DNA of 63,668 nucleotides, taken from Verrucomicrobiia bacterium. GTDB lineage: Bacteria; Verrucomicrobiota; Verrucomicrobiia; Limisphaerales; UBA11358. The notes beneath the pieces were generated by a model. The model did no database searches, was not told the DNA's origin, and saw only the letters and a program-made list of their open reading frames with translations. The stretch lies in assembly GCA_036498725.1 (NCBI GenBank), contig DASYEY010000153.1, forward strand, positions 1 to 63,668, given 5' to 3'. Positions 25,956 through 34,783 of this stretch are shown here, one piece after another (positions within the stretch are counted from its first letter, which is position 1; each line of letters opens with the position of its first letter). The position numbers were made by a program, and so were the translations under genes.

Positions 25956-27194
25956 GTGAATTCGAGGCAAATCATCGTGGTAGGCGGCGGCGCGGCGGGT
26001 TTTTTTGCGGCGATCGCGGCGGCGGAGCAGGGCGCATCGGTGACGTTACTGGAAAAGTCGGCGCGCTTTCTGGACAAGGTCCGCATCTCCGGCGGCGGTC
26101 GTTGCAACGTGACGCACGCGTGCTTTGAACCCCGTGAATTTACCACGCGTTATCCCCGGGGTGAACGCACCTTGCGTGGACCCTTTCAACAATTCTCCGC
26201 CCGCGATACCGTGGACTGGTTTGCCGGCCGGGGCGTGGAATTAAAAACGGAAAAGGACGGACGAATGTTTCCGGTCACCGATTCATCACAAACCATCGTG
26301 GATTGTTTGTTCAACGCGGCGGAAAAAGCGCGGGTCAATTTGCGCCTGAATTGCACGGTTGAGTCTGCCGCCAAACTCGCGGATGGAAGATTTGAATTGG
26401 AAAGCAGCGGGTCGGGTATGGGGGTGAGCCGGGGAAAAATTCAGGCCGATAAATTGCTGCTGGCGACGGGCGGCTGTCGCGCTGCCGCCGCCGGGCATCT
26501 GGCAGTTTCACTGGGACACCAATTGGTCGCGCCCGTGCCGTCGTTGTTCACTTTTCAGATCGAAGCACCGTGGCTGCGCTCGCTGGCGGGTGTTTCGCTG
26601 GAATCCGCAGAAGTGGCCATCCCGGTGGCAAAGTTGCGTGAGCGTGGACCGTTGCTGGTGACGCATTGGGGCTTGAGTGGTCCGGCGATCTTAAAAATGT
26701 CTGCCTGGGGTGCGCGGGACTTGCACGGTTTAGATTACAAATTCCCGTTGCTGGTGAATTGGCTGCCGGATTTTTCCAGTGAGAAAATAGCGGCTGAATT
26801 TCAACGCCGCCGCGAAACCGTCGGTGCCAAACTGGTGGTGAATGTCCCGCTCGCGCCCTTGACGGCGCGGTTGTGGGAACAACTGGTGTTGGCAGCGGGA
26901 CTGGCACCGGATACCCGCTGGTCAAAAATGTCCCGCCCGCAAGCCCACGCGCTAACCCAGCAATTGACCCGTTCGGAATTTATGGTGACGGGCAAAAGTT
27001 TGAACAAGGATGAGTTTGTGACGTGCGGCGGGGTGAATTTGAGCGAAGTGAGCTTCAAAACCATGGAGAGCAAAGTTTGTCCCGGACTTTTCTTTGCCGG
27101 CGAATTGCTGGACATTGACGGCATTACCGGCGGTTTCAATTTCCAAGCGGCCTGGACGACGGGCTTCATCGCCGGCAATGCAATGGTGGCTTGA
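25956..27194 (+). CDS. HI0933/BaiN-like NAD(P)/FAD-dependent flavoprotein
   Basis: Track ORF 25890..27194. GTG 25956 is preferred and gives MNSRQIIVVGGGAAGFFAAIAAAEQG. GGGRCNVTH, and C-terminal FFAGELLDIDGITGGFNFQAAWTTG. Confidence 0.8.
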   Translation: MNSRQIIVVGGGAAGFFAAIAAAEQGASVTLLEKSARFLDKVRISGGGRCNVTHACFEPREFTTRYPRGERTLRGPFQQFSARDTVDWFAGRGVELKTEKDGRMFPVTDSSQTIVDCLFNAAEKARVNLRLNCTVESAAKLADGRFELESSGSGMGVSRGKIQADKLLLATGGCRAAAAGHLAVSLGHQLVAPVPSLFTFQIEAPWLRSLAGVSLESAEVAIPVAKLRERGPLLVTHWGLSGPAILKMSAWGARDLHGLDYKFPLLVNWLPDFSSEKIAAEFQRRRETVGAKLVVNVPLAPLTARLWEQLVLAAGLAPDTRWSKMSRPQAHALTQQLTRSEFMVTGKSLNKDEFVTCGGVNLSEVSFKTMESKVCPGLFFAGELLDIDGITGGFNFQAAWTTGFIAGNAMVA

Positions 27195-27224
27195 ATTTGC
27201 CGCGTTTCGACGTTAATTAAAATT

Positions 27225-27629
27225 GTGGGCAAGACGTACCATTTTCAATGTCCATGGTGCCAGTATCGTGCGTACATTTCCGGTGGCGCGGATAGCGGCG
27301 ACCATTGTGATATCCAGACGATATCCTGCCGTGATTGCCGGGAATTATACGATGTGCCGGTGCGCTTGCGCCGTCGCGAACCGGAAAAACAGCTGTCGCT
27401 GGGAAAGTTGCTCAAGCCCTTGCGTCCCGAACTGCCGCCCAGTGTCTTGCGCAATGGCTCGTTTCAGCCTTTGAATTATCCGTCACGCCCCCTCGTTTGG
27501 GAGCAGTACAAACTGGCGTGCCCCGTCCGGCCTGAACATTTCATCGAACCCTGGCAGGATCCGGGGCGTTGCCCGCGCTGCCGTAATTTTATGGAAAAAA
27601 GCGGCTGGCCTTTCCGGCGGTGGGAATAG
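27225..27629 (+). CDS. hypothetical cysteine-rich zinc-ribbon protein
   Basis: 134 aa with a GTG start. CxxC pairs at FQCPWCQ / SCRDCRE and a distal C...CPRC. No known family recognised. Confidence 0.45.
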   Translation: MGKTYHFQCPWCQYRAYISGGADSGDHCDIQTISCRDCRELYDVPVRLRRREPEKQLSLGKLLKPLRPELPPSVLRNGSFQPLNYPSRPLVWEQYKLACPVRPEHFIEPWQDPGRCPRCRNFMEKSGWPFRRWE

Positions 27630-27664
27630 GGGACTTTCTTAAAATAAACGGCGATAACGCCTTC

Positions 27665-27760
27665 TTATCCTCATCGTCATGCTCATTCTCGCCCTCATCC
27701 TGGTCCTCAATTTTAGATGATATTTCGAGGGCGGGGGCGAGGATGACGACGAGGATGATT
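27665..27760 (+). repeat. intergenic imperfect palindromic repeat, family R
   Basis: The left arm atcctcatcgtcatgctcattctcgccctc pairs with gagggcgggggcgaggatgacgacgaggat (about 24 of 30 positions). It ends in gaggatgattg, like the copy at 5709-5720. It lies 3' of the zinc-ribbon gene and upstream of secA. Confidence 0.55.
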
Positions 27761-27968
27761 GCGAGATTTTTTTAGGCGGTTGCTAGGGTTTTTATCGCAC
27801 CAATTTTGTAGACCTGTCATGGTCTGGTTCCGGCGCAATTTATTATTTTCTCCTTCCTCATCGTGGCTGGGCTGGTATGGCCGGGGGGCCAGCCGTTTGA
27901 CTTTGACGCTATGGCTTTCCTCGCGTATCGTTCACGCTCAATTTTTAACCAGTTACTGAAAGATCATT

Positions 27969-30900
27969 GTGAATTTCCTAAAAGCGATTTTCCCGTCGAA
28001 GAACGACCGCGATGTGAAAAAAATCCGCCCGGTCGTGGCGCGGGTGAATGAGATCGAAGCCGGCTTGCAGGCGTTGTCCGATGACCAATTGCGCGCCAAG
28101 ACGGCGGCGTGGAAAGCCGAGTTCTCCCAGATCACGGACGATACGGAACTGGCCCGCCGGTTGGGTGAGATTTTGCCCGAAGCCTTCGCCGTCGTGAAGA
28201 ATGCCTGCCGCCGCATGTGCGGTTCGGATGTCATCGTGCGGGAACATCCATTGCGCTGGGAAATGGTGCCGTTCGACGTGCAGTTGATCGGCGGCTACGC
28301 GCTGCATACGGGCCATATTTCAGAAATGGCGACGGGTGAAGGTAAAACGCTGGTCGGTACGCTGCCGGTTTATCTGAATGCCTTGTCCGGCCGCGGGGTT
28401 CACGTCGTGACGGTGAACGATTATCTGGCGTCACGCGACAGCGAATGGATGGGCGCGCTCTATAAATTTCTCGGCCTGACCGTCGGTTGCATTTTGAACA
28501 ACCAGGATCCGCGCCTCCGTCGCGAGCAATATGCCTGCGACATCACTTACGGCACGAACGCGGAGTTTGGATTTGATTATCTGCGCGACAACGGCATGGC
28601 CAAGCGAAAGGAAGAGCAGGTTCAGCGCGGTCATTATTTTGCGATCGTGGACGAAGTGGACTCCATTCTCATTGATGAGGCGCGCACACCCTTGATCATC
28701 AGCGGACCGTCCGTGCGGACATTTGATGAACAATACGCCCAATGGAAACCGACGGTGGAAGGTCTTGTTCGGGCGCAGCAGCAACTATGCAATCGCTTCC
28801 TGCGGGAAGCCGAGGAACTCATCAAAAAATTGAAGCCTGCGGACGGTTCCAACGTCCAGAATGCGGCACAATTGGAGCATGAAATCGGAATTTTGTTGTT
28901 CCGGGTTAAGACTGGCCAGCCGCGTTCGGAAGGTCTGTTGAAAGTTTTAGAAAACCCCGAGTTTGCCGGCTTGATGAACCGGGCGGAATTGGAGCTGCAC
29001 AAAGATCAGAAGAAGGTGGATCTTTATCGTGAGAAGGAAGAACTGCTGTTTGCAATGGACGAAAAGAGCCATGAAGCCGACATGACCGAGAAGGGCCGCA
29101 ACTTCATCAGTCCGCAAGACCCGGAAGCGTTCGTGTTGCCGGATTTGAGCACGCAATTGCATGACGTGGATGCCGGTCCGGAAACGGATGCGCGCAAACG
29201 CCTGGAAATCAAGGCGCGGTTGCAGGCGGACTTCGAGCGGAAGGCACAAAAAATGCACGCCATCTCACAGTTGTTGAAGGCGTACTCGCTGTATCAACTT
29301 GACGTGGAATACGTCGTGCAGGAAAACAAGGTTCTCATCGTAGACCAGCACACAGGGCGCCTCATGCCCGGTCGCCGTTGGAGCGATGGCTTGCACCAGG
29401 CGGTTGAAGCCAAGGAAGGCGTGGCCATTGAGCGTGAAACTCAAACGCTGGCCACCATCACGATCCAAAACTATTTCCGCCTTTATAAAAAACTGGCTGG
29501 CATGACCGGCACGGCGGAAACGGAAGCGTCAGAATTTTTTGACATCTACAAACTCGGCGTGCTGACGATTCCAACCAATCGCCCCAATATCCGCAAAGAC
29601 GGGCATGACTCCGTCTATAAAACGCGGCGGGAAAAATTCAATGCCGTCGTCAAGGAGATCCGGGAATTGCACGCGCACGGCCGGCCAGTCCTGGTGGGTA
29701 CGATTTCAGTCGAAACGAGTGAAATGCTGTCGCGCCTGTTGAAAAAGGAAGGGTTGATCCATTCCGTCCTCAACGCGAAATATCATCAACAGGAAGCTGA
29801 AATCGTCGCCCGCGCCGGGCAACGGGGAGCGGTCACCATCGCCACTAACATGGCTGGTCGTGGTACGGACATCAAACTAGGGCCAGGCGTATCCGAAGTG
29901 GGCGGGTTGCACGTGCTGGGTACGGAACGCCACGAATCCCGCCGCATTGACCGCCAGTTACGCGGCCGTTGTTCGCGTCAGGGGGATCCAGGTTCATCGC
30001 ACTTCTTCATCTCGCTGGAAGATGATTTGATGCGCTTGTTCGGTTCGGATCGCATCGTGAAACTGATGGAGCGCATGGGCTTGGAAGAAGGCGAAGAATT
30101 GAAGCACGGTTTGCTCAATCGTTCGATCCAGCAGGCGCAAAAACGCGTCGAAGGCCATAATTTTCAACAGCGCAAACGCACGCTCGAATATGACGACGTG
30201 ATGAACAAACAGCGTGAAGTCATCTACGGCTTCCGCAACGAGATCATCAACAGTGATGATGTGCGTGACCGTTTGATGGACATCATTGAGGAGGTGGTTG
30301 TGTTGAAGGTCGAGCAATTCACCTCGTCCGGAAGTGAAACGGGCGAATGGAAAATCCGCCAGCTGGCCGATTGGGTGAACTTGAATTTTCCGCTGGGCAT
30401 GCCTGAAGGTGAAATTCTCAAGGCAGCTGCAGCTGGCAAGGACAAGCCGGTGGCCGGTTCATTGTTTGAGAACTTGAACGAGGCACAATTTGCCGTCTGT
30501 AATTTTATTGCTGACAGCATCCGCAAGGCTTACGAACTGAAGATCAGTTTTGAAGAGGCGGACAAACTGACCACGGTGGAGCGCTACACGATCCTGAGCG
30601 CGATTGATAAATTGTGGCAGGAACATCTTTATGAGATGGACAGCCTGCGCCAGAGCATCGGCCTGCGCGCGCATGGTCAACGCGATCCGTTGCTGGAATA
30701 CAAGGCGGAAGCCTTCAAGATTTTTGACGAATTGATGGTCAATGTCAAAACGGAGATCTGCCACAATGTTTTTCGCAGCGCATCGAGCATGATGGCTTTT
30801 GAAAATTTTCTAAAGAACGTGCCGCAACAGACGTTGCACCAGAACAGCAACGCCTTTGGCGGCAACGCTCCGGCTCCGACGCCGGATGCGTCCGGCAAGC

Positions 30901-31046
30901 GTGCCAGCGACGTGGTCAGTGAAGCCGCAAACGCGGCGGAAGCACAGGCCAAGGCCAAGCCGATCCGCACTGGCCCGAAAGTCGGACGCAATGATCCTTG
31001 CTCCTGCGGTAGTGGCAAGAAATACAAGAATTGCTGCGGAAAATAA
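27969..31046 (+). CDS. secA: preprotein translocase ATPase SecA
   Basis: 1025 aa with a GTG start. MATGEGKTLVGTLP, DEVDSILIDEARTPLIISG, TNMAGRGTDIKLG. C-terminal zinc-binding SEC-C motif CSCGSGKKYKNCCG. Confidence 0.95.
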   Translation: MNFLKAIFPSKNDRDVKKIRPVVARVNEIEAGLQALSDDQLRAKTAAWKAEFSQITDDTELARRLGEILPEAFAVVKNACRRMCGSDVIVREHPLRWEMVPFDVQLIGGYALHTGHISEMATGEGKTLVGTLPVYLNALSGRGVHVVTVNDYLASRDSEWMGALYKFLGLTVGCILNNQDPRLRREQYACDITYGTNAEFGFDYLRDNGMAKRKEEQVQRGHYFAIVDEVDSILIDEARTPLIISGPSVRTFDEQYAQWKPTVEGLVRAQQQLCNRFLREAEELIKKLKPADGSNVQNAAQLEHEIGILLFRVKTGQPRSEGLLKVLENPEFAGLMNRAELELHKDQKKVDLYREKEELLFAMDEKSHEADMTEKGRNFISPQDPEAFVLPDLSTQLHDVDAGPETDARKRLEIKARLQADFERKAQKMHAISQLLKAYSLYQLDVEYVVQENKVLIVDQHTGRLMPGRRWSDGLHQAVEAKEGVAIERETQTLATITIQNYFRLYKKLAGMTGTAETEASEFFDIYKLGVLTIPTNRPNIRKDGHDSVYKTRREKFNAVVKEIRELHAHGRPVLVGTISVETSEMLSRLLKKEGLIHSVLNAKYHQQEAEIVARAGQRGAVTIATNMAGRGTDIKLGPGVSEVGGLHVLGTERHESRRIDRQLRGRCSRQGDPGSSHFFISLEDDLMRLFGSDRIVKLMERMGLEEGEELKHGLLNRSIQQAQKRVEGHNFQQRKRTLEYDDVMNKQREVIYGFRNEIINSDDVRDRLMDIIEEVVVLKVEQFTSSGSETGEWKIRQLADWVNLNFPLGMPEGEILKAAAAGKDKPVAGSLFENLNEAQFAVCNFIADSIRKAYELKISFEEADKLTTVERYTILSAIDKLWQEHLYEMDSLRQSIGLRAHGQRDPLLEYKAEAFKIFDELMVNVKTEICHNVFRSASSMMAFENFLKNVPQQTLHQNSNAFGGNAPAPTPDASGKRASDVVSEAANAAEAQAKAKPIRTGPKVGRNDPCSCGSGKKYKNCCGK

Positions 31047-31079
31047 CGTTTTCCCGTTAATCCCTAACCAGTTTAAACC

Positions 31080-31964
31080 ATGTTTCGTATCGGTATTGAC
31101 TTGGGCGGAACCAAAATCGAAGGGGTCATCCTTGACCCGGACGGCAAAGAACTTTTCCGCAAGCGCATCGCGACCGAACGTGAGCAAGGTTATCAGCACA
31201 TCTTGCAACGCCTCAAGCTGGTGCACGATGAGTTGGCCGCCGTGGTCAAGGACCAGCCGACGACGTTTGGTATCGGCACGCCCGGCGCGCTTTCACCGCG
31301 CACCGGATTGCTGAAAAATTCCAACACGGTTTGCATGAACGGCCAGCCGGTGAAGGCTGACTTGGAAAAATTGCTCGGTCGCAAGATCGAGATCCAGAAC
31401 GATGCGAATTGTTTTGCGATGGCGGAGGCGTTGTTGGGCGCGGGCAGGGGACACAAGCTTGTCTTCGGCATTATTGTCGGCACCGGTTGCGGTGGTGGCA
31501 TCGTTTACAAAGGGGAAGTGTTTACCGGCAAACAAGCCATCGCCGGTGAATGGGGCCACATGAGCATTGATCCGAACGGGTCGCTCTGCTTTTGCGGTTC
31601 GCGCGGTTGCGTGGAAACCTTTATCAGTGGCAACGGTCTGGAAAAGCGCTATGAAGAAAAGTATGGCATTCACAAGCCGCTGAAAGACGTGGAAAAAGAA
31701 TTTCTGGCCGGTGAGCCCAAGGCGGTCGAATTCATGCAAACCTTCTTTCACAATTTCGGACGTTCCGTGGCCAACCTGATTGATATTCTGGATCCCGACA
31801 TCATCGTGTTGGGCGGCGGTGTTTCCAATTTCAGCGCACTTTATACCCACGGCATCGAGCAAGTCCGGCGCATGGTATTGACGGATGAATTTCAAACGCC
31901 CATTGTAAAAAATCAACTGGGCGATTCCGCCGGTGTCTTTGGTGCAGCCTTGGTGGGCGTATAA
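31080..31964 (+). CDS. ROK family sugar kinase (Mak/fructokinase- or NagK-like)
   Basis: 294 aa. GIDLGGTKIEGVILD, NDANCFAMAEA, IIVGTGCGGGIV, zinc motif GEWGHMS...CFCGSRGCVETFISG. It is collinear with E. coli Mak as I recall it. The start is 33 nt after the secA stop. Confidence 0.8.
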   Translation: MFRIGIDLGGTKIEGVILDPDGKELFRKRIATEREQGYQHILQRLKLVHDELAAVVKDQPTTFGIGTPGALSPRTGLLKNSNTVCMNGQPVKADLEKLLGRKIEIQNDANCFAMAEALLGAGRGHKLVFGIIVGTGCGGGIVYKGEVFTGKQAIAGEWGHMSIDPNGSLCFCGSRGCVETFISGNGLEKRYEEKYGIHKPLKDVEKEFLAGEPKAVEFMQTFFHNFGRSVANLIDILDPDIIVLGGGVSNFSALYTHGIEQVRRMVLTDEFQTPIVKNQLGDSAGVFGAALVGV

Positions 31965-32016
31965 AAGCAGTCATCGTCCAGCCGCATAATTTCCATCAGA
32001 AAATTTCAAGAAACAC

Positions 32017-32063
32017 TTGCGTCCGCAAAATGTTTTGTTAAGTTGCAAATGATTTGCAACTCG
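32017..32063 (+). promoter_or_regulatory. sigma70-like promoter (TTGCGT-N16 with TGn-TAAGTT) overlapped by the palindromic operator GTTGCAAAT-G-ATTTGCAAC (Fur-family-like box)
   Basis: Perfect 9-1-9 palindrome at 32042-32060. The whole 47-nt module aligns in identical register with 42370-42416 upstream of the ZIP transporter. Confidence 0.5.
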
Positions 32064-32389
32064 TAAATCACAGGAACCGTCAATGGCGGCTGCGTTTGCG
32101 CGCGGCCACGGCGGCTTTATCGCTTGGGTTGTGGCTGTTCCTGCTGGCCGCCGAGACGATTCCGTCATTGCACGCCTGGATGCACGGGGGGGCTGTTCCA
32201 GACCATGATGATTGTGCGGTCGTTGCCCTGGCGCTGGGGCATGTTGATTCACCCTCCGCCAGCGTGCCAGTGATCCTGCCGGTAACGACCAGCGAGATCG
32301 TCGTGCTGCCGGAGTTTTCTGAATTTCATCCGACCAGTTTAATTCTTCCTGACGGCCGCGCTCCGCCGGCGGCTTCCTTGGTTTCCTGA
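32054..32389 (+). CDS. small membrane-anchored/exported His-Asp-Cys-rich protein (DUF2946-like), putative metal-binding partner of the downstream receptor
   Basis: 111-aa ORF with only non-ATG starts: TTG 32054 inside the operator, or TTG 32096, which gives M-RAATAALSLGLWLFLLAAE. The motif SLHAWMHGGAVPDHDDCAVVALALGHVD resembles small LHxxxH...D..CAV proteins encoded next to TonB-dependent receptors (recollection). Confidence 0.45.
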   Translation: MQLVNHRNRQWRLRLRAATAALSLGLWLFLLAAETIPSLHAWMHGGAVPDHDDCAVVALALGHVDSPSASVPVILPVTTSEIVVLPEFSEFHPTSLILPDGRAPPAASLVS

Positions 32390-32401
32390 TTCAACGGTTT
32401 T

Positions 32402-32430
32402 AGGCGGATTGCTCCGCCTGAAATTTTTCT
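32402..32430 (+). terminator. hairpin plus T-tract (attenuator/terminator) between the mini-protein gene and the receptor gene
   Basis: AGGCGGA (32402-32408) / TCCGCCT (32413-32419) with a TTGC loop, followed by gaaatttttctctt. Confidence 0.4.
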
Positions 32431-32530
32431 CTTAAAAACAAAAATCTGCTTTGCGCCCGTTGGCGTTGAGCAAGCTGCGAATCCATAAAAATTCGCAATC
32501 GTCGTTTTGAAATCATTAATCACTACAGTC

Positions 32531-34783
32531 ATGAAAAATTTTATTGGGCGGAAAAATAACGGAGTTTATTGGTCGGTCATTTCGTTGGTGGCATTATCTT
32601 GCGGGGGAACGGTATTGGGTCAGACCAACATCGTTGCGGCTGCGGATAATTCAACCAATGCGACCGCGAATGTGACGGATCTGGGTAATGTCACGGTCGT
32701 CGGCAAATTAACCCAGGCGCGGGACCGGATCTCAACCGACATCGGCGCATCAGCCTACACCATCAGCCAGGATCAGATTGCAACGATTTCACAGGGCAAT
32801 GACGCTCCGCTCGACCAGATCATCTTGCGCGCCCCGGGCGTGGCCGAAGATAATGCGGCGAGCGGTGGACTGCACGTGCGTGGCGAACACGCGAACCTCC
32901 AGTATCGCATCAACGATGTGTTGCTGCCGGAAGGGATCACGGGGTTTGGATTGGAACTGGACCCCCGTTTTATTGATTCCATGCAACTGGTCACCGGCTC
33001 TTTGCCGGCCGAATACGGTTTTCGCACGGCGGGGGTGGTGGATATCAAGACGAAGAGCGGCACGTTTGTGAACGGTGGCAGCGCTGAGATTTACGGCGGG
33101 AGCTACGATACGATCCGTCCCAGTTTTGAATTTGGTGGTGCGGAAGGAAAATTCAATTACTTCGTGGACGGTAGTTATGAACATAATGCGCTGGGCATTG
33201 AGAATCCGACCGACAGCCATAGTGCCATCCACGATAATACCGATCAATTCAAGGGATTCACTTACCTGTCTTACCTCTTTGATGAAACTAGTTTGCTGAG
33301 TTTCATGGGCAGTGCTTCGGACAGTAATTTTGAAGTACCCAATACGCCGGGGTTGGCGCCCGGAAGTCCCGATTCAACCACGTTGAATCCAACTCCGCAA
33401 CCGTGGTTCACTGGTGGTGGCATCCCGACCAGTTTCAATTCGGCTGATTTGAACGAACAGCAACGGGAACAAAACTATTTTGGCGTGGTCAGCTACCAAA
33501 AACAGGCAGGCAATTTTAATTCCCAACTCTCGCTCTTTGGCCGGGGCAGCGGCGTCCATTTCCGTCCGGATGACACGGGGGACTTGTTTTTCAACGGCGT
33601 GGCCAGCGACGAGGCGCGCACCCTGTATTCCGGCGGCTTGCAAGAGGATGCCAGTTATGACTGGGGTAAACATACGATTCGCGGTGGCGGGATGGTCATG
33701 GACGAAGTGGTTTTTGGGAATGCCAACACCATGGTGTATGACATGGATCCCTTGGGGAACCCAACTCCCGGCAGCTTGCGGACGATCTCGCAAAAGAGCC
33801 GCCAGCATGCGTTGTTCGCCGGCATCTATTTGCAGGATGAATGGCATATGTTCGAAAAACTTACGCTCAACTATGGCGTGCGTTTTGATGAATACAGCTC
33901 ATCGGACGACGATGAAAATCAATTGAGCCCACGCATCAACCTTGTCTATACGCCGACAGATTCCACGACCCTGCACGCAGGGTATTCGCGCTATTTTACG
34001 CCACCGCCCCTGGAAAGCATTTCCAGCAGCGATGTGGCGGCGTTTGATGGCACTTCCAATGAGTCGCCGGGAGGGCCAGGAGCGGCAAATGATCCGGTCA
34101 AGGCCGAGCGCGCGGATTATTTTGATGTCGGCCTCACGCAAAAAATCACGTCGCATCTGCAAGTGGGGGTGGACAGTTATTATAAACAAGCGCACAACCA
34201 GCTTGACGACGGGTTGTTTGGAGCGTCACTGATCCCTTCCGCCTTCAATTATGCGAAAGGCCGCGTCTATGGGGTGGAATTTACCGCCAATTATACGCAA
34301 GGCGGCTTTTCAACTTACGCGAACATTGCTTATTCCGTGGCGCAAGGCCAGGGCTGGAATTCTGCACAATTCCAGTTTGATCCGGCAGATTTGGCGTATT
34401 CCCAAAACAATTGGATATACCTTGATCACGACCAACGGGTGAGCGGCTCGTTTGGTGCAGCTTATACTTGGAAAGAAGGTGATAAAGCGCGGACGACAGT
34501 CTTTGTGGATTCGCTTTACGGTAGTGGTTTGCGGACCGATGGGACGGCGGCGGATGGGTCAACTATTCCCAACGGCGGCACGGTGCCGACCTATTACACG
34601 GTCAACCTCGGCGCGGAACAGGCATTTAAATTTAGCCGAAGCCAGGTTTTGAAAGCACGCCTGGACATCGTCAATGTGACGGATAACAGCTATGAACTGC
34701 GCGATGGCGGCGGGGTTGGTGTCAACGCGGCGTCTTATGGCGAACGGATCGGGTTCTTTGGTTCACTGAGCTATTCCTTTTGA
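32531..34783 (+). CDS. TonB-dependent outer-membrane receptor
   Basis: ATG 32531 within track ORF 32507..34783. Signal peptide, plug domain (VTVVGKLTQARDR..., GGLHVRGEHANLQYRINDVLLPEG), long beta-barrel, C-terminal aromatic SLSYSF. Confidence 0.85.
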   Translation: MKNFIGRKNNGVYWSVISLVALSCGGTVLGQTNIVAAADNSTNATANVTDLGNVTVVGKLTQARDRISTDIGASAYTISQDQIATISQGNDAPLDQIILRAPGVAEDNAASGGLHVRGEHANLQYRINDVLLPEGITGFGLELDPRFIDSMQLVTGSLPAEYGFRTAGVVDIKTKSGTFVNGGSAEIYGGSYDTIRPSFEFGGAEGKFNYFVDGSYEHNALGIENPTDSHSAIHDNTDQFKGFTYLSYLFDETSLLSFMGSASDSNFEVPNTPGLAPGSPDSTTLNPTPQPWFTGGGIPTSFNSADLNEQQREQNYFGVVSYQKQAGNFNSQLSLFGRGSGVHFRPDDTGDLFFNGVASDEARTLYSGGLQEDASYDWGKHTIRGGGMVMDEVVFGNANTMVYDMDPLGNPTPGSLRTISQKSRQHALFAGIYLQDEWHMFEKLTLNYGVRFDEYSSSDDDENQLSPRINLVYTPTDSTTLHAGYSRYFTPPPLESISSSDVAAFDGTSNESPGGPGAANDPVKAERADYFDVGLTQKITSHLQVGVDSYYKQAHNQLDDGLFGASLIPSAFNYAKGRVYGVEFTANYTQGGFSTYANIAYSVAQGQGWNSAQFQFDPADLAYSQNNWIYLDHDQRVSGSFGAAYTWKEGDKARTTVFVDSLYGSGLRTDGTAADGSTIPNGGTVPTYYTVNLGAEQAFKFSRSQVLKARLDIVNVTDNSYELRDGGGVGVNAASYGERIGFFGSLSYSF

